Notes under the pieces: model-generated
Databases searched by the model: none
Seen by the model: the letters and a program-made list of their open reading frames with translations, nothing else
What the model was told of the DNA's origin: nothing
In this document: one piece after another, positions 54,728 through 64,000 of the stretch
Layout: every line of letters begins with the position of its first letter
Numbering within the stretch: position 1 is the stretch's first letter
DNA from: Candidatus Fimenecus sp.
Lineage (GTDB): Bacteria > Bacillota > Clostridia > Oscillospirales > Acutalibacteraceae
Reading direction: 5' to 3'
Length of the DNA stretch: 64,000 bases
NCBI GenBank assembly: GCA_045532175.1
Contig: JAZSFK010000028.1
Coordinates: 11,752-75,751 of the forward strand
Program-made: the position numbers and the translations under genes

Positions 54728-55519
54728 ATGAAATCTAATTTTAAACTTAAACCTTTTTTAATTGCTTTTGCAATATTTTTAATAATATTGTTATGCTTTT
54801 CAGTATTGTTGTTTATGCATTCAATTGATTATGATTTTGATAATATAGTTGAAGAAAAGACAACTTTAACGGATGAAGACTCCAGAGAACCGACAGAAAA
54901 ATATGTTTCTGTGTCCTTATTAAAAGGAAAATCAAATCTATTGTTTGTAATTACAGATGATAAATCTACAATTGAAATGTCATTTATGGTTATTGCTGAT
55001 TTTGATAAAAAATCAATGAGTGTTGAGGTTGTAGAGGATATTGTATCACTGAACGCAAATTATGTTGAAAGTAAGGAAATAGGTCTTAAAAACTATATTT
55101 CTTCGTCCTATAATATCGATATTGATAAATATGCTATATTTACAAAGGATAATTTTAAAAAGGCATTGTCTTTGTTTAGTGGTATTAATCTGAATGTTTC
55201 AGAAGATATTAATTATAAATCATCGGAATTTAATCTGCTTCTTGAGGCTGGTAATCACACAGTTTCTGGTGATATTGCTTATAAATATCTTATGGCTAAT
55301 AATGATATCACAGCCAAAGAACTTATAGTCTGTGATATTATAAATTCAGTTTTAAGTATGGAGTATATCAACAAATCAGATAGCCTTTTTAAATCATTTG
55401 TTAATCTGTGTGTAACAGATATCTCGATAATTGATTATTCAGATTCCATTGATACTCTTGCCACATATACGAAGGCAAATGATAAATTTATGCCTAAACC
55501 ATATAAAACCGGAGAATAA
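54728..55519 (+). CDS. Membrane-anchored protein, weakly LCP (LytR-CpsA-Psr)-like and probably degenerate
   Basis: N-terminal TM. The segment order resembles the LCP fold (NLLFVITDD..MSFMVIADFDKK, NIDIDKYAIFTKDNFKKALSLFSGINLNV, GNHTVSGDIAYKYL), but the conserved Arg/Asp positions are not evident by eye. Confidence 0.35.
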   Translation: MKSNFKLKPFLIAFAIFLIILLCFSVLLFMHSIDYDFDNIVEEKTTLTDEDSREPTEKYVSVSLLKGKSNLLFVITDDKSTIEMSFMVIADFDKKSMSVEVVEDIVSLNANYVESKEIGLKNYISSSYNIDIDKYAIFTKDNFKKALSLFSGINLNVSEDINYKSSEFNLLLEAGNHTVSGDIAYKYLMANNDITAKELIVCDIINSVLSMEYINKSDSLFKSFVNLCVTDISIIDYSDSIDTLATYTKANDKFMPKPYKTGE

Positions 55520-55521
55520 AT

Positions 55522-56697
55522 ATGAAGAAGATATTATCGGTTATTTTATGCTTTGTTATGTTCGTTGCGGTTTCTATAATGGTAGTTAATCTTTTCGATA
55601 AGAATTATTCTAACGCGGAAAATGAGAAGAGGATAAATGAAGATTTACCAACAGAAGCACAAATAAATGAATTTAATACTAAAAAGGAAAACAAATGCTT
55701 TTATTATTATGATTGTCTTTCAGAGGATGAAAAGGATTCATATATCACTATGTATTATGGGTTCTATAATTATGATGATTCAATTATGTTTTCTACAGCC
55801 GATATTGATGTTTCGAAAGTGTTTGTTGCTGTTTTATATGATAATCCAGATGTTTTCTGGGTGGAATTGAAATACGAGTATTTGAAATATGAAGAATCTC
55901 TTGAATTTAAACCTCAGTATCGTATATCACAGGAAGATGCTTCCAAAATGAGTGATGATGTTAATAAAAGAATTGACAGCATTATGTCAGAGATAGATTC
56001 CTTAAAGAGCGACTATGATAAAGAATTATACATCCACAATTATATCTTAGATATAACTGAATATGATATGGATACCTATGAAGGAATAGGTGACACGGTT
56101 TACAGCTCACTTGTAATGGGACGTTCTATATGCGAGGGCTATGCAAGAACTGTACAGATATTACTTGACAAGGCAGGAATCGATAATTATCTTGTTACAG
56201 GTGAGGTGGAGATTGATGGTAAAATTGAACCTCATATGTGGAATATTGTTAATATAGACGGAGAGAATTATCACCTTGATTGCACTTGGGATGATATCAA
56301 TATGCAGGATGACAAGGTTCATTTCTATTTTAATGTTTCTGATGAAGTGATTTTACGGGACCATATGAATATTGAACCTGACGGTAATAACTGCGATACT
56401 ATGGAAGCAAATTACTTTATTGTTGAAAATGCATATGTTGATGAATTTGAAGGATTTTTAAAGCATGTGGACAGGACAGCCGAAAAACTAAAAGTTGGAG
56501 AGAATACTGTAGAGTTTTATTTTATGAACCCTATTGACTACAAGAATGCACTGGATTGTATTGCTAATGATAAAAGTTTTTTTGATTTTGTAAATAAATC
56601 AGTAAAAAAAAGTGGTAGGGTATTAAATGTTACAGTTGTAGATTACTATACAATTGATAATTACAATTATTTATGTATCGTTTTTAAAGAAGGTTGA
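55522..56697 (+). CDS. Membrane-anchored transglutaminase-like (papain-fold) domain protein
   Basis: N-terminal TM. Core motif GRSICEGYARTVQILLDKAGI ... PHMWNIVNIDGENYHLDCTWDD (Cys-His-Asp). It starts 2 nt after the upstream stop. Confidence 0.7.
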   Translation: MKKILSVILCFVMFVAVSIMVVNLFDKNYSNAENEKRINEDLPTEAQINEFNTKKENKCFYYYDCLSEDEKDSYITMYYGFYNYDDSIMFSTADIDVSKVFVAVLYDNPDVFWVELKYEYLKYEESLEFKPQYRISQEDASKMSDDVNKRIDSIMSEIDSLKSDYDKELYIHNYILDITEYDMDTYEGIGDTVYSSLVMGRSICEGYARTVQILLDKAGIDNYLVTGEVEIDGKIEPHMWNIVNIDGENYHLDCTWDDINMQDDKVHFYFNVSDEVILRDHMNIEPDGNNCDTMEANYFIVENAYVDEFEGFLKHVDRTAEKLKVGENTVEFYFMNPIDYKNALDCIANDKSFFDFVNKSVKKSGRVLNVTVVDYYTIDNYNYLCIVFKEG

Positions 56698-56701
56698 TTA
56701 G

Positions 56702-57265
56702 ATGGATAAGGAAAGAATTGAACGAGCATTTAGGGAAATTTTACTTGCAATAGGTGAGGACCCTGATAGAGAGGGACTTGTCGAAACACCAAAAAGAGTT
56801 GCAAATATGTATGAGGAGATTTTTTCAGGACTTACTGAAAACCCCGAAAAACATCTTAAAATGTTCCGTGAGGGACAGAGTGATGAAATCGTTATTGTAA
56901 GGGATATTCCAATGTATTCAATGTGTGAACACCATTTCTTACCTTTTGTAGGTAAAGCACATATTGCATATATACCAAATGATGATGGACTTGTTATTGG
57001 CCTTTCAAAACTGGCGAGAATAGTAAATAGTTATGCACGTCGTCCTCAATTGCAGGAGAGACTTACTGCACAGATTGCTGACTTTATAGATAAAGAAATG
57101 AATCCGAAGGGTGTGGCTGTTGTAATCGAAGCAGAACATCTTTGCATGACGATGCGTGGTATTCGTGCAGCAGGTTCAAAAACACAGACATCAGCACTTC
57201 GTGGCAACATGAGAAAGGATGCAAGAACAAGAGCCGAGGTTATGACTCTTTTAGGATTGAAATGA
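56702..57265 (+). CDS. folE: GTP cyclohydrolase I
   Basis: Motifs [24 protein letters not shown] and RPQLQERLT. Confidence 0.93.
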   Translation: MDKERIERAFREILLAIGEDPDREGLVETPKRVANMYEEIFSGLTENPEKHLKMFREGQSDEIVIVRDIPMYSMCEHHFLPFVGKAHIAYIPNDDGLVIGLSKLARIVNSYARRPQLQERLTAQIADFIDKEMNPKGVAVVIEAEHLCMTMRGIRAAGSKTQTSALRGNMRKDARTRAEVMTLLGLK

Positions 57266-58089
57266 TATTTTCAGGTAATGGTTTTAATTTTGATTTAGGT
57301 AAGAAAACGTACATAATGGGAATTCTTAATGTGACAAGCGATTCTTTTTATGATGGTGGTAAATACAATACACCTGAAAAAGCGGTAGCAAGAGCAAAAG
57401 AGATGCTAAATGAAGGTGCTGATATCATCGATATCGGTGCTCATTCAACACGTCCAAATCATACCGTACTTACTGAGAATGATGAACTTGAAATTATTAA
57501 AAATTTTTTACCGTTGATTTACAACGAAACAAAAGCAGTAATTTCTGTTGATACTTTTTATCCTTCAGTTGCTGAATATGCTTTGCAAAATGGTGCATCC
57601 ATAATTAACGATGTCAGTGGAGTCTTTAATGAAAAAATGGCGGAACTTGTTGTCCGCTATAACTGTGGTTGGATTACAATGCACACAGGTGGCGGAGACT
57701 CAATAACAGTTCCTGAATACGCGACAACAGTAACAGAAGATGTTATTGATTTCTTTACCAAAATGTTAAAAAAATGCGTTGGTTATGGAATAAACAAAAA
57801 TCAGCTTTGTTTTGATATGGGTATTGGTTTTGGGAAGAATAATGAACAAAATATCGAACTTATTAAAAACATTGATAAGTTAAAACAAAGAGATATTGCC
57901 TTACTTACTGCTCTTTCAATGAAAAGGCTAGTAAAAAATACAACAAATGCCGAAGGTGACGATTTGCTGTATGGTACAATATCTGCAAACATACTTGCAA
58001 TAAAAGGTGGCACGGATATTATTCGTGTACACAATATAAAAGAGAATGCCTTTGCAGTTAAAATGGCAGATGCGATTGTGAGAGGTTAA
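57262..58089 (+). CDS. folP: Dihydropteroate synthase
   Basis: ATG 57262 overlaps the folE stop (ATGA). Motifs [49 protein letters not shown] and RVHNI. Confidence 0.92.
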   Translation: MIFSGNGFNFDLGKKTYIMGILNVTSDSFYDGGKYNTPEKAVARAKEMLNEGADIIDIGAHSTRPNHTVLTENDELEIIKNFLPLIYNETKAVISVDTFYPSVAEYALQNGASIINDVSGVFNEKMAELVVRYNCGWITMHTGGGDSITVPEYATTVTEDVIDFFTKMLKKCVGYGINKNQLCFDMGIGFGKNNEQNIELIKNIDKLKQRDIALLTALSMKRLVKNTTNAEGDDLLYGTISANILAIKGGTDIIRVHNIKENAFAVKMADAIVRG

Positions 58090-58090
58090 T

Positions 58091-58453
58091 ATGGATAAGA
58101 TTATTGTTAAGGATTTAAAACTTTTTTGTTACCATGGAGTGAATCCGGAAGAAAAAGTTGGCGGACAAAACTTTGTTTTTGATATTGAGGCGTTTTTAGA
58201 CCTCGGTTTACCTTGTAAAACTGATAATGTAGATGATACAGTCAGTTATGCTAAAATTATAAAAACAGTACGCAGAGTTGCTCAAAGCGAGAAGAATGAT
58301 TTACTTGAATATGTATCACAAAGAGTAGTAGATGCACTTTTTGAGGAATTTCCAATGATTGAAAAAATCAATCTTACACTCAAAAAGCCTGAAGCTCCTA
58401 TTAAAGCGGATTTTGATTATGTCGCAGTGCAGATTGAAAGGGCAAGACCATGA
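58091..58453 (+). CDS. folB: Dihydroneopterin aldolase
   Basis: 120 aa. Motifs GV.PEE...GQ.F..D and DD...T..Y. Confidence 0.85.
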   Translation: MDKIIVKDLKLFCYHGVNPEEKVGGQNFVFDIEAFLDLGLPCKTDNVDDTVSYAKIIKTVRRVAQSEKNDLLEYVSQRVVDALFEEFPMIEKINLTLKKPEAPIKADFDYVAVQIERARP

Positions 58454-58938
58454 AAGCATATTTAGGTATTGGTACAAATATTGGCAATAGAATGGAAAAT
58501 CTGCAAAATGCCATATCTTCATTAAATTTATTACCTTTGACTGAAGTATCTCAGGTTTCAAATATTTACGAAACTGACCCTGTCGGCTATGATAATCAGG
58601 ATGATTTTTTAAATATTGTTGTAGAGGTTGAAACAGGACTTAATTCTGATAATCTTCTCGGTTCAGCTCTTGGAATTGAGGCTGGTCTTGGTAGAATAAG
58701 AACAGTAAAAAACGGACCTCGTGTAATTGATATTGATTTACTTTTGTTTGGTGATGAAAGCAAGGAAACAGAAACCCTTACTTTGCCACATCCGCGAATG
58801 ATGGAAAGGGGATTTGTGTTGGTTCCCTTGTCAGATATTCATTTTGAAAGTAAATTCATAAATAAAGATGATATTAAAAAGGAATCGTTTGATGGAGTAA
58901 GATTTTACTGTTCAAAGGAAAAGTTGAAAATAGACTAG
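58450..58938 (+). CDS. folK: 2-amino-4-hydroxy-6-hydroxymethyldihydropteridine diphosphokinase
   Basis: Motifs AYLGIGTNIGNR, SNIYETDPVGY, GPRVIDIDLLLFG, LTLPHPRM..R.FVL.PL. It overlaps the folB stop by 4 nt. Confidence 0.9.
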   Translation: MKAYLGIGTNIGNRMENLQNAISSLNLLPLTEVSQVSNIYETDPVGYDNQDDFLNIVVEVETGLNSDNLLGSALGIEAGLGRIRTVKNGPRVIDIDLLLFGDESKETETLTLPHPRMMERGFVLVPLSDIHFESKFINKDDIKKESFDGVRFYCSKEKLKID

Positions 58939-58954
58939 TTAATTTGGGTGGCGT

Positions 58955-59824
58955 ATGTATTATATAATTATGGACCTTGAGTGGAACAATGCTTATATGA
59001 AATCTGCTCAAAAATTCGTAAATGAGATTATTGAAATAGGTGCGGTTAAGCTTGATGAAGATTTACAGCAAATCAGCACATTTTCTGAACTGATAAAACC
59101 GAAAATTTCAAAAAAGCTTCGTTCTAAAATTAAAGATTTAACCCATATCACAAATGATGATATCCGTGGTGGCAAACCATTGTCAAGTGTTATGAAAGAG
59201 TTTGAAGAATGGGTAGGGGAAGATTGCGTAGTATTGACTTGGGGTGATACTGACATAAGGACACTTCTTTCAAACCATAAGCATTTTTTGCACAAGGATA
59301 CAATTGGTTGCATAAAAAAATATGCTGACTTACAGTTGTATTGTCAGCAGTTCATCAATATGGAAAATGTTCAACAGGCAGGACTTTCTTATGCTGCTGA
59401 GTGTTTAGAAATCGACCCCGAAAAATATCCGCATCACAGAGCCCTTGACGACAGTTTGTTAAGTGCTGAATGCTTTAAAAAGACTTACAACAAAGAATTC
59501 ATTGACAGATACATAAAAATTTGTGATGAAGATTTTTATTTGAGATTATTATTTAAACCTTATGTAATCAAGGATAAAAATGACCCATTGATTGATAAAA
59601 ACCTCTTTAATTGCTTCTGCGATATTTGTGGTGGCAAAGTTCAGGTTAAAAAGAAATGGAAATTTATGAATCAGTCCTTCCGAGGAGTTTTTTATTGCGA
59701 AAATTGTAACCGTGAATTTAAAGCAAGTCTTCGTGTAAAAAAATTCTATGATTATATTGATATTAAACGGAACTATTCTGAAATTATAAAGACCAAAGAG
59801 CAAAAGATTGAACAAGAAGATTAA
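58955..59824 (+). CDS. DEDDh-type 3'-5' exonuclease (KapD/ERI-1-like) with a C-terminal zinc ribbon
   Basis: Exo motif I MDLEWN, IIEIGAV, motif II WGDTD, motif III HHRALDDS. C-terminal CDICGG..CENCN. Confidence 0.7.
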   Translation: MYYIIMDLEWNNAYMKSAQKFVNEIIEIGAVKLDEDLQQISTFSELIKPKISKKLRSKIKDLTHITNDDIRGGKPLSSVMKEFEEWVGEDCVVLTWGDTDIRTLLSNHKHFLHKDTIGCIKKYADLQLYCQQFINMENVQQAGLSYAAECLEIDPEKYPHHRALDDSLLSAECFKKTYNKEFIDRYIKICDEDFYLRLLFKPYVIKDKNDPLIDKNLFNCFCDICGGKVQVKKKWKFMNQSFRGVFYCENCNREFKASLRVKKFYDYIDIKRNYSEIIKTKEQKIEQED

Positions 59825-59833
59825 TGATATTAC

Positions 59834-59859
59834 ACGACGGAGTAACTCCGTCGTTTTTT
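59834..59859 (+). terminator. Terminator of the fol-exonuclease operon
   Basis: ACGACGGAG-TAA-CTCCGTCGT followed by TTTTTT. Confidence 0.85.
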
Positions 59860-60007
59860 ATTTGATATACTTAAAAATAGACAAGAAATCGTTGTTTTTG
59901 CGTCATTTTTAATTTTAGATAAAGCAAATTTAATTTCATATAATACAAAAATGTTGAAATGCTGTATATTCGGTGATAAAATGAAATCGTAAGGAGGTGC
60001 TTCGTAT

Positions 60008-60934
60008 ATGCATATAACAGTTGGGAAAAAATATAATAGAGGCAAGATTGCCAATGTAGAGTGCAAAAAGAATGACTTGCTTGACAATATAGATATTAAG
60101 GGTAAATATTTTTTACTTATTTTCCTTAAACAGGGTCAGATTACCTTTGAATTAAATGGAAAAGAGATAATATTCAAGGCACCTACATTTATATGTTTTG
60201 ACGAAACAGAAAATCCAAAGCTTATATCAAAAAGTATGGCCGAATACTATAGCATATATTTTCACCCTAATTATATTAATGTAAATATGTCATTTAAACT
60301 TTTACGCTCAAATAGATATAGACCCTTAGCAGAAACTCACGATATGTTTATGTTAAAACCGTTTATTGATAAATGTACAAGTGTTCCTATTTGCACAAGT
60401 TTTATTGATAGTATTGAATCTGCATGTATTCAAATGGAAAAGGAACTTACAGAGCAAAGAGATTGGTATTGGTCTTGCAGAGGTCGTTCTCATTTTATGA
60501 TTGTCATCATAGCTCTTGAGCGTATGTATGAAATGTTCGGCTACGACAGTGAAACTTTCACACAGCATGAGTGTATTACCGGTGATGAGAGATTAAATGA
60601 TGCAATTACTTTTATTGAGTCAAATTATATGAATGATTTGACACTTAAACAAATCAGTAATGCCGCAGGTATTAACCACACCACATTGACGGAGTTATCA
60701 AAGCAACTTTTAGGTGTAACAATTATGGAATATCTAATGCAACATAGAGTAATGGTTGCGAAAAAAGAACTCACATTTACCGGTATTCCAATAAAAGAAG
60801 TAGCAGTCCTATGTGGATTTAAAACAGTTCAGCATTTTAATCGTATATTTAAAAAAACAGTTGGAAAAACACCTGCTGTGTACAGAAAAGAAACAGTAGA
60901 AAATAGAAAAAACGATTTTTCCTTCTTGTTATAA
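60008..60934 (+). CDS. AraC-family transcriptional regulator
   Basis: The C-terminal double HTH includes LTLKQISNAAGINHTTLTELSKQ and CGFKTVQHFNRIFKK..GKTPA.YRK. RBS AAGGAGGTG. Confidence 0.85.
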   Translation: MHITVGKKYNRGKIANVECKKNDLLDNIDIKGKYFLLIFLKQGQITFELNGKEIIFKAPTFICFDETENPKLISKSMAEYYSIYFHPNYINVNMSFKLLRSNRYRPLAETHDMFMLKPFIDKCTSVPICTSFIDSIESACIQMEKELTEQRDWYWSCRGRSHFMIVIIALERMYEMFGYDSETFTQHECITGDERLNDAITFIESNYMNDLTLKQISNAAGINHTTLTELSKQLLGVTIMEYLMQHRVMVAKKELTFTGIPIKEVAVLCGFKTVQHFNRIFKKTVGKTPAVYRKETVENRKNDFSFLL

Positions 60935-61035
60935 GTATACTATAAAATAAGCAAACAATTAATACGTTGGTGTAGTCAAGTTATATTCATTGACTGTTTC
61001 GCAGCAGATTGATTTAAATTTTGAGGGGATTAAAT

Positions 61036-61920
61036 ATGGGTTTACTAAAGATATTAAGCAATAAATTTTATGTAGCTATTATGAAGTGCTTAAATGACCG
61101 AGCACCAAAAATACAAAGCTACAAAAGCAAACTTACTGCAGGTGCAACTCAGACAGGTGTGATTAAGCAGGGCGCTACACTGATTTGCCCTACATATAAA
61201 AAGTATTATTTTTGTGATAAAGAAACAGGAGAGGGTTACTTTTTCAGATGTAAACCGGTTAAGGATAAGGGGAAATATCCAGTTGTTATTTATCATCACG
61301 GCAACGGATGGAATCGTGGCGGAATGAATAATATGCAAATGTGGGAATTTAACATGTTAAGGAGTAAGTTGAATAAACGGAAATGCCATCAGGTTATAAT
61401 TCATCTGGATGTTACCTGTGAATATAACAGAGAGGGGCATAGCCGAGCACTGGATGGTTTTGTTGAGTATATTCAGAGTGCATACAAAAACGTTGATTTT
61501 GACAGAATTTATCTTGTTGGAACATCTCACGGTGGCTATGGTTGTGTATATGAGGTGTTGAGAAATCCCAATAAATATGCTGCAGCAGTGATTTCAATGT
61601 CATATACATACAATGACAATAATGTTCCACCCGAGGAAATCCGAGTAGATCCTTATGTCAGATGTCTCACTGATGTGGATTATAAAACTCTTGCAAAAAC
61701 CCCGTTCTATCTATCTTGGGCAAAGGATGACCATATTGTTATGGTTGAGAGTAACGAATTGCTATTAAAGAATCTAAAAGATAATAATGCAAATCTCCAA
61801 TACAAATTGTACGAAACAGGTGGACATACAATTGCAACTAAATTTTTTAGAAATGAGCCTTGGGATAAATGGATGTTTGATAGAAGGAGGTTTGATGGAA
61901 GGTCGGAAATAGATGTATAA
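61036..61920 (+). CDS. Alpha/beta hydrolase (S9/esterase-like)
   Basis: ATG 61036 is 7 nt after GAGGGG. Motifs YPVVIYHHGNG, nucleophile elbow GTSHGG, a late D and GGH. Confidence 0.65.
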   Translation: MGLLKILSNKFYVAIMKCLNDRAPKIQSYKSKLTAGATQTGVIKQGATLICPTYKKYYFCDKETGEGYFFRCKPVKDKGKYPVVIYHHGNGWNRGGMNNMQMWEFNMLRSKLNKRKCHQVIIHLDVTCEYNREGHSRALDGFVEYIQSAYKNVDFDRIYLVGTSHGGYGCVYEVLRNPNKYAAAVISMSYTYNDNNVPPEEIRVDPYVRCLTDVDYKTLAKTPFYLSWAKDDHIVMVESNELLLKNLKDNNANLQYKLYETGGHTIATKFFRNEPWDKWMFDRRRFDGRSEIDV

Positions 61921-61946
61921 TTTTTCGTTATAAGAAGGGGAGCTGT

Positions 61947-62195
61947 ATGAGAAAAATTATTAAAAAAATAAAAATGGTCTGTCTTATATTACTTCTTGTA
62001 TTGTGCATACCAAACTGTATTTTTAGTAAAGTCAATGATTTTATTGCAATTACAGGCACGGCAGAAATAATCTGGGATATTATTGCTATTATTATTTTTG
62101 CTTTATTTGTGATAGAGTTTTTTATTTTGATAGTAGAAATCATCTGGTTTATTGCTGATAAATCAAAAGCAAAAAAACAGATTAAAGATAGGTAA
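61947..62195 (+). CDS. Small two-TM membrane protein with a basic tail
   Basis: RBS AGGGGAG. 82 aa ending ADKSKAKKQIKDR. Very AT-rich DNA. Confidence 0.5.
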   Translation: MRKIIKKIKMVCLILLLVLCIPNCIFSKVNDFIAITGTAEIIWDIIAIIIFALFVIEFFILIVEIIWFIADKSKAKKQIKDR

Positions 62196-62245
62196 AACCT
62201 TAGAACGACTTAATATAGTTAATAATTCCATATGGGGGGTTAAAT

Positions 62246-62632
62246 ATGAAAAGCATAATCAAAAGTGTTGTAGTATTTTTAATTGCCATCATAGCAGAAA
62301 TATATATTTTTTTATATTTACCGTATTATGATATGTTATTGAATGGTGACGGGTTTTATGTCTTGTTTCCTATAATGATTACACCGTTGATAGGCTTGGT
62401 GATAGGACTTTTTATCAAGAGTAACTATAAATATGCGTTTGTTGTTGTTACTATGGCTTTTTCAATTCTGTTTATGATTATGTATTGTTTTGGAATTGAT
62501 GAAATTGCTGTGGTATACACCCTGGCATATATGTTCAACACGGCTGTTGGTATAGGAATAGGTCACGGTATAAGGGCACTTGTCCTTTGGGTAGCAGATA
62601 AAATTCGTGAACATAAGTTAAACAATAATTAA
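62246..62632 (+). CDS. Four-TM membrane protein of unknown function
   Basis: RBS GGGGGG. 128 aa, hydrophobic throughout. Confidence 0.5.
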   Translation: MKSIIKSVVVFLIAIIAEIYIFLYLPYYDMLLNGDGFYVLFPIMITPLIGLVIGLFIKSNYKYAFVVVTMAFSILFMIMYCFGIDEIAVVYTLAYMFNTAVGIGIGHGIRALVLWVADKIREHKLNNN

Positions 62633-62670
62633 ATTTCATTATTAGAATAAGTGATATAAGGAGAATTATT

Positions 62671-64000
62671 ATGAAAATGAAAATAAAACGAATTTCTATA
62701 CTTACACTTTGTATTTGCATGATTTTACCGATGATAGTATTGCCTGTAAATGCTTCAGAGGTAAAATATAAAGTTAACGATATTGTTGAATTCGGGTATT
62801 ACCCTCAAAGCGAAGTAAAGGATGAAGTTTTACTTAAAGAACTTAATGCACAATCACTCAATTGGATTTCCTATAATTATTATGTAGGAACGGGAGATTT
62901 GAGTCCAGAGCGAATGCAACAAAGTGATTATATGAAATATGCGGATGTTACATACAATGGTAACAAGTATCGTGCAGTTATTTTTTCGCAATACAGACCT
63001 TATGTTACAGCTTATACAAGTGAAAATACTGCTCAGGTAGATAATGGATACTACACCGATACTGTTTATTGGTTTAAATATGAGCCTCTTGAATGGCGTA
63101 TTCTTGACCCGGATGAAAAGCTGATGATGTGTGAAAGAATAATTGACTCACAAGCATTTAATAATCTGATATACGACGCCAATAACTATTGGTATCAGGA
63201 TTCAACCTTCGAAAAATATGCAAATGATTATGCAACAAGCTCTATAAGAGCCTGGCTTAATGACGATTTTTACAATACGGCGTTTACAGAAGAGGAAAAA
63301 TCTATAATTGAAGTTTCTACATTGGATAATACATCTCCTTTTGATTCTAAGTTTGATAGTGAAACAACTTATGACAAAGTTTTCCTTTTGTCTTACAATG
63401 ACATATTAAATGAAAATTATGGATTTAATATTGACTCCTGGCAGTTTGACTATGCACGTCGTGCCCACGGAACAGATTATGCAAAGTGTCAAGGACTTGC
63501 TTCTGATGAAGATAACGGTCAATGGTGGCTTCGTTCACCATACGAAGAATATTCTGGAACATGTTTTATAACCAGTACCGGAAGCCTTACTCCGGAAACA
63601 TTTGCACCGTGTTGGACTTGTATAGGCACCAGACCTGTATTGAGAGTAGTAAAAGAACACGAGTTTTTTGTTCAGGAAGTTAATTGTAACATAAAAATAC
63701 AAGAACCTTCAAAAACAAGAATTTTTTATAAGGATATGGCAACTCTTTATGTCGAGATTAACGGAGATGCGCCTGCTGGTGCTTATGTTGAATGGACAGT
63801 AGATAACGATAATTTTGATATAAACGGAATGTATGATTCACTTAATATTAGAGCACTTAAAAGGGGATATACAACATTTACAGCAAATCTTTATGACCTT
63901 GAGGGAAATGTAGTTGCATCAGATACAATAGAGTTGTATTCTAATTCAGGATTGTTTGCTAAAATTTATTATTTTATGCGAAACATTTTTGTTGATGAAC
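62671..64000 (+). CDS. Secreted protein with a DUF6273-like domain (EWRIL ... WWLRSP) and an Ig-like C-terminal part; 3' end outside the window
   Basis: ATG 62671 is 7 nt after AAGGAG. Signal peptide MKMKIKRISILTLCICMILPMIVLPVNA. The frame stays open to position 64000. It is absent from the ORF track because no stop lies within the window. Confidence 0.7.
   Translation, partial: MKMKIKRISILTLCICMILPMIVLPVNASEVKYKVNDIVEFGYYPQSEVKDEVLLKELNAQSLNWISYNYYVGTGDLSPERMQQSDYMKYADVTYNGNKYRAVIFSQYRPYVTAYTSENTAQVDNGYYTDTVYWFKYEPLEWRILDPDEKLMMCERIIDSQAFNNLIYDANNYWYQDSTFEKYANDYATSSIRAWLNDDFYNTAFTEEEKSIIEVSTLDNTSPFDSKFDSETTYDKVFLLSYNDILNENYGFNIDSWQFDYARRAHGTDYAKCQGLASDEDNGQWWLRSPYEEYSGTCFITSTGSLTPETFAPCWTCIGTRPVLRVVKEHEFFVQEVNCNIKIQEPSKTRIFYKDMATLYVEINGDAPAGAYVEWTVDNDNFDINGMYDSLNIRALKRGYTTFTANLYDLEGNVVASDTIELYSNSGLFAKIYYFMRNIFVDE

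Noticed and set aside
1-64000. CRISPR arrays, IS elements, prophage or conjugative modules
   Set aside because: I saw no regularly spaced direct repeats, no transposase, integrase or relaxase-like ORFs, and no inverted terminal repeats while reading the intergenic regions. All gaps longer than 150 nt are explained by promoters, terminators, rnpB or the TPP riboswitch.

Overview
This window looks like a mostly core chromosomal segment from a low-GC, spore-forming member of the Clostridia. Spore genes present are ypeB, gpr, spoIIP, spoVAE, pdaA, an alpha/beta SASP and a DUF1540 gene. A secreted S8 protease ends in a dockerin module, which suggests a Ruminococcus/Oscillospiraceae-like organism with cohesin-dockerin surface assemblies; this taxonomy is inference only. 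Recognisable conserved blocks are rpsT/gpr/spoIIP, hprK-murB-rapZ-whiA, lepB-lepB-rbgA-rnhB-yraN, tig-clpP-clpX and folE-folP-folB-folK. RNA features are tRNA-Ser(CGA), RNase P RNA and a TPP riboswitch upstream of thiT. I saw no CRISPR array, integrase, transposase, prophage or recognisable defence system. The most unusual locus is a tight co-directional array at 12841..21620. It contains a stand-alone PncC (CinA C-terminal half), two adjacent class B sortases with a shared extra C-terminal tail, and a 696-aa membrane protein. That protein appears to join a CinA-N-like cytoplasmic module to an extracytoplasmic SpoIID/LytB domain. Other points worth a second look: the dockerin/LRR protease, a terminator-type leader 10 nt before the pnuC ribosome-binding site, an MFS-choloylglycine hydrolase pair, a SigH-like paralog, an orphan spoVAE, a priming sugar transferase followed by a degenerate LCP-like protein and a transglutaminase-like protein, several small ORFs below the 60-aa track cutoff, and an AT-rich accessory-looking 3' end. 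All functional calls come from reading motifs by eye; no searches were run.
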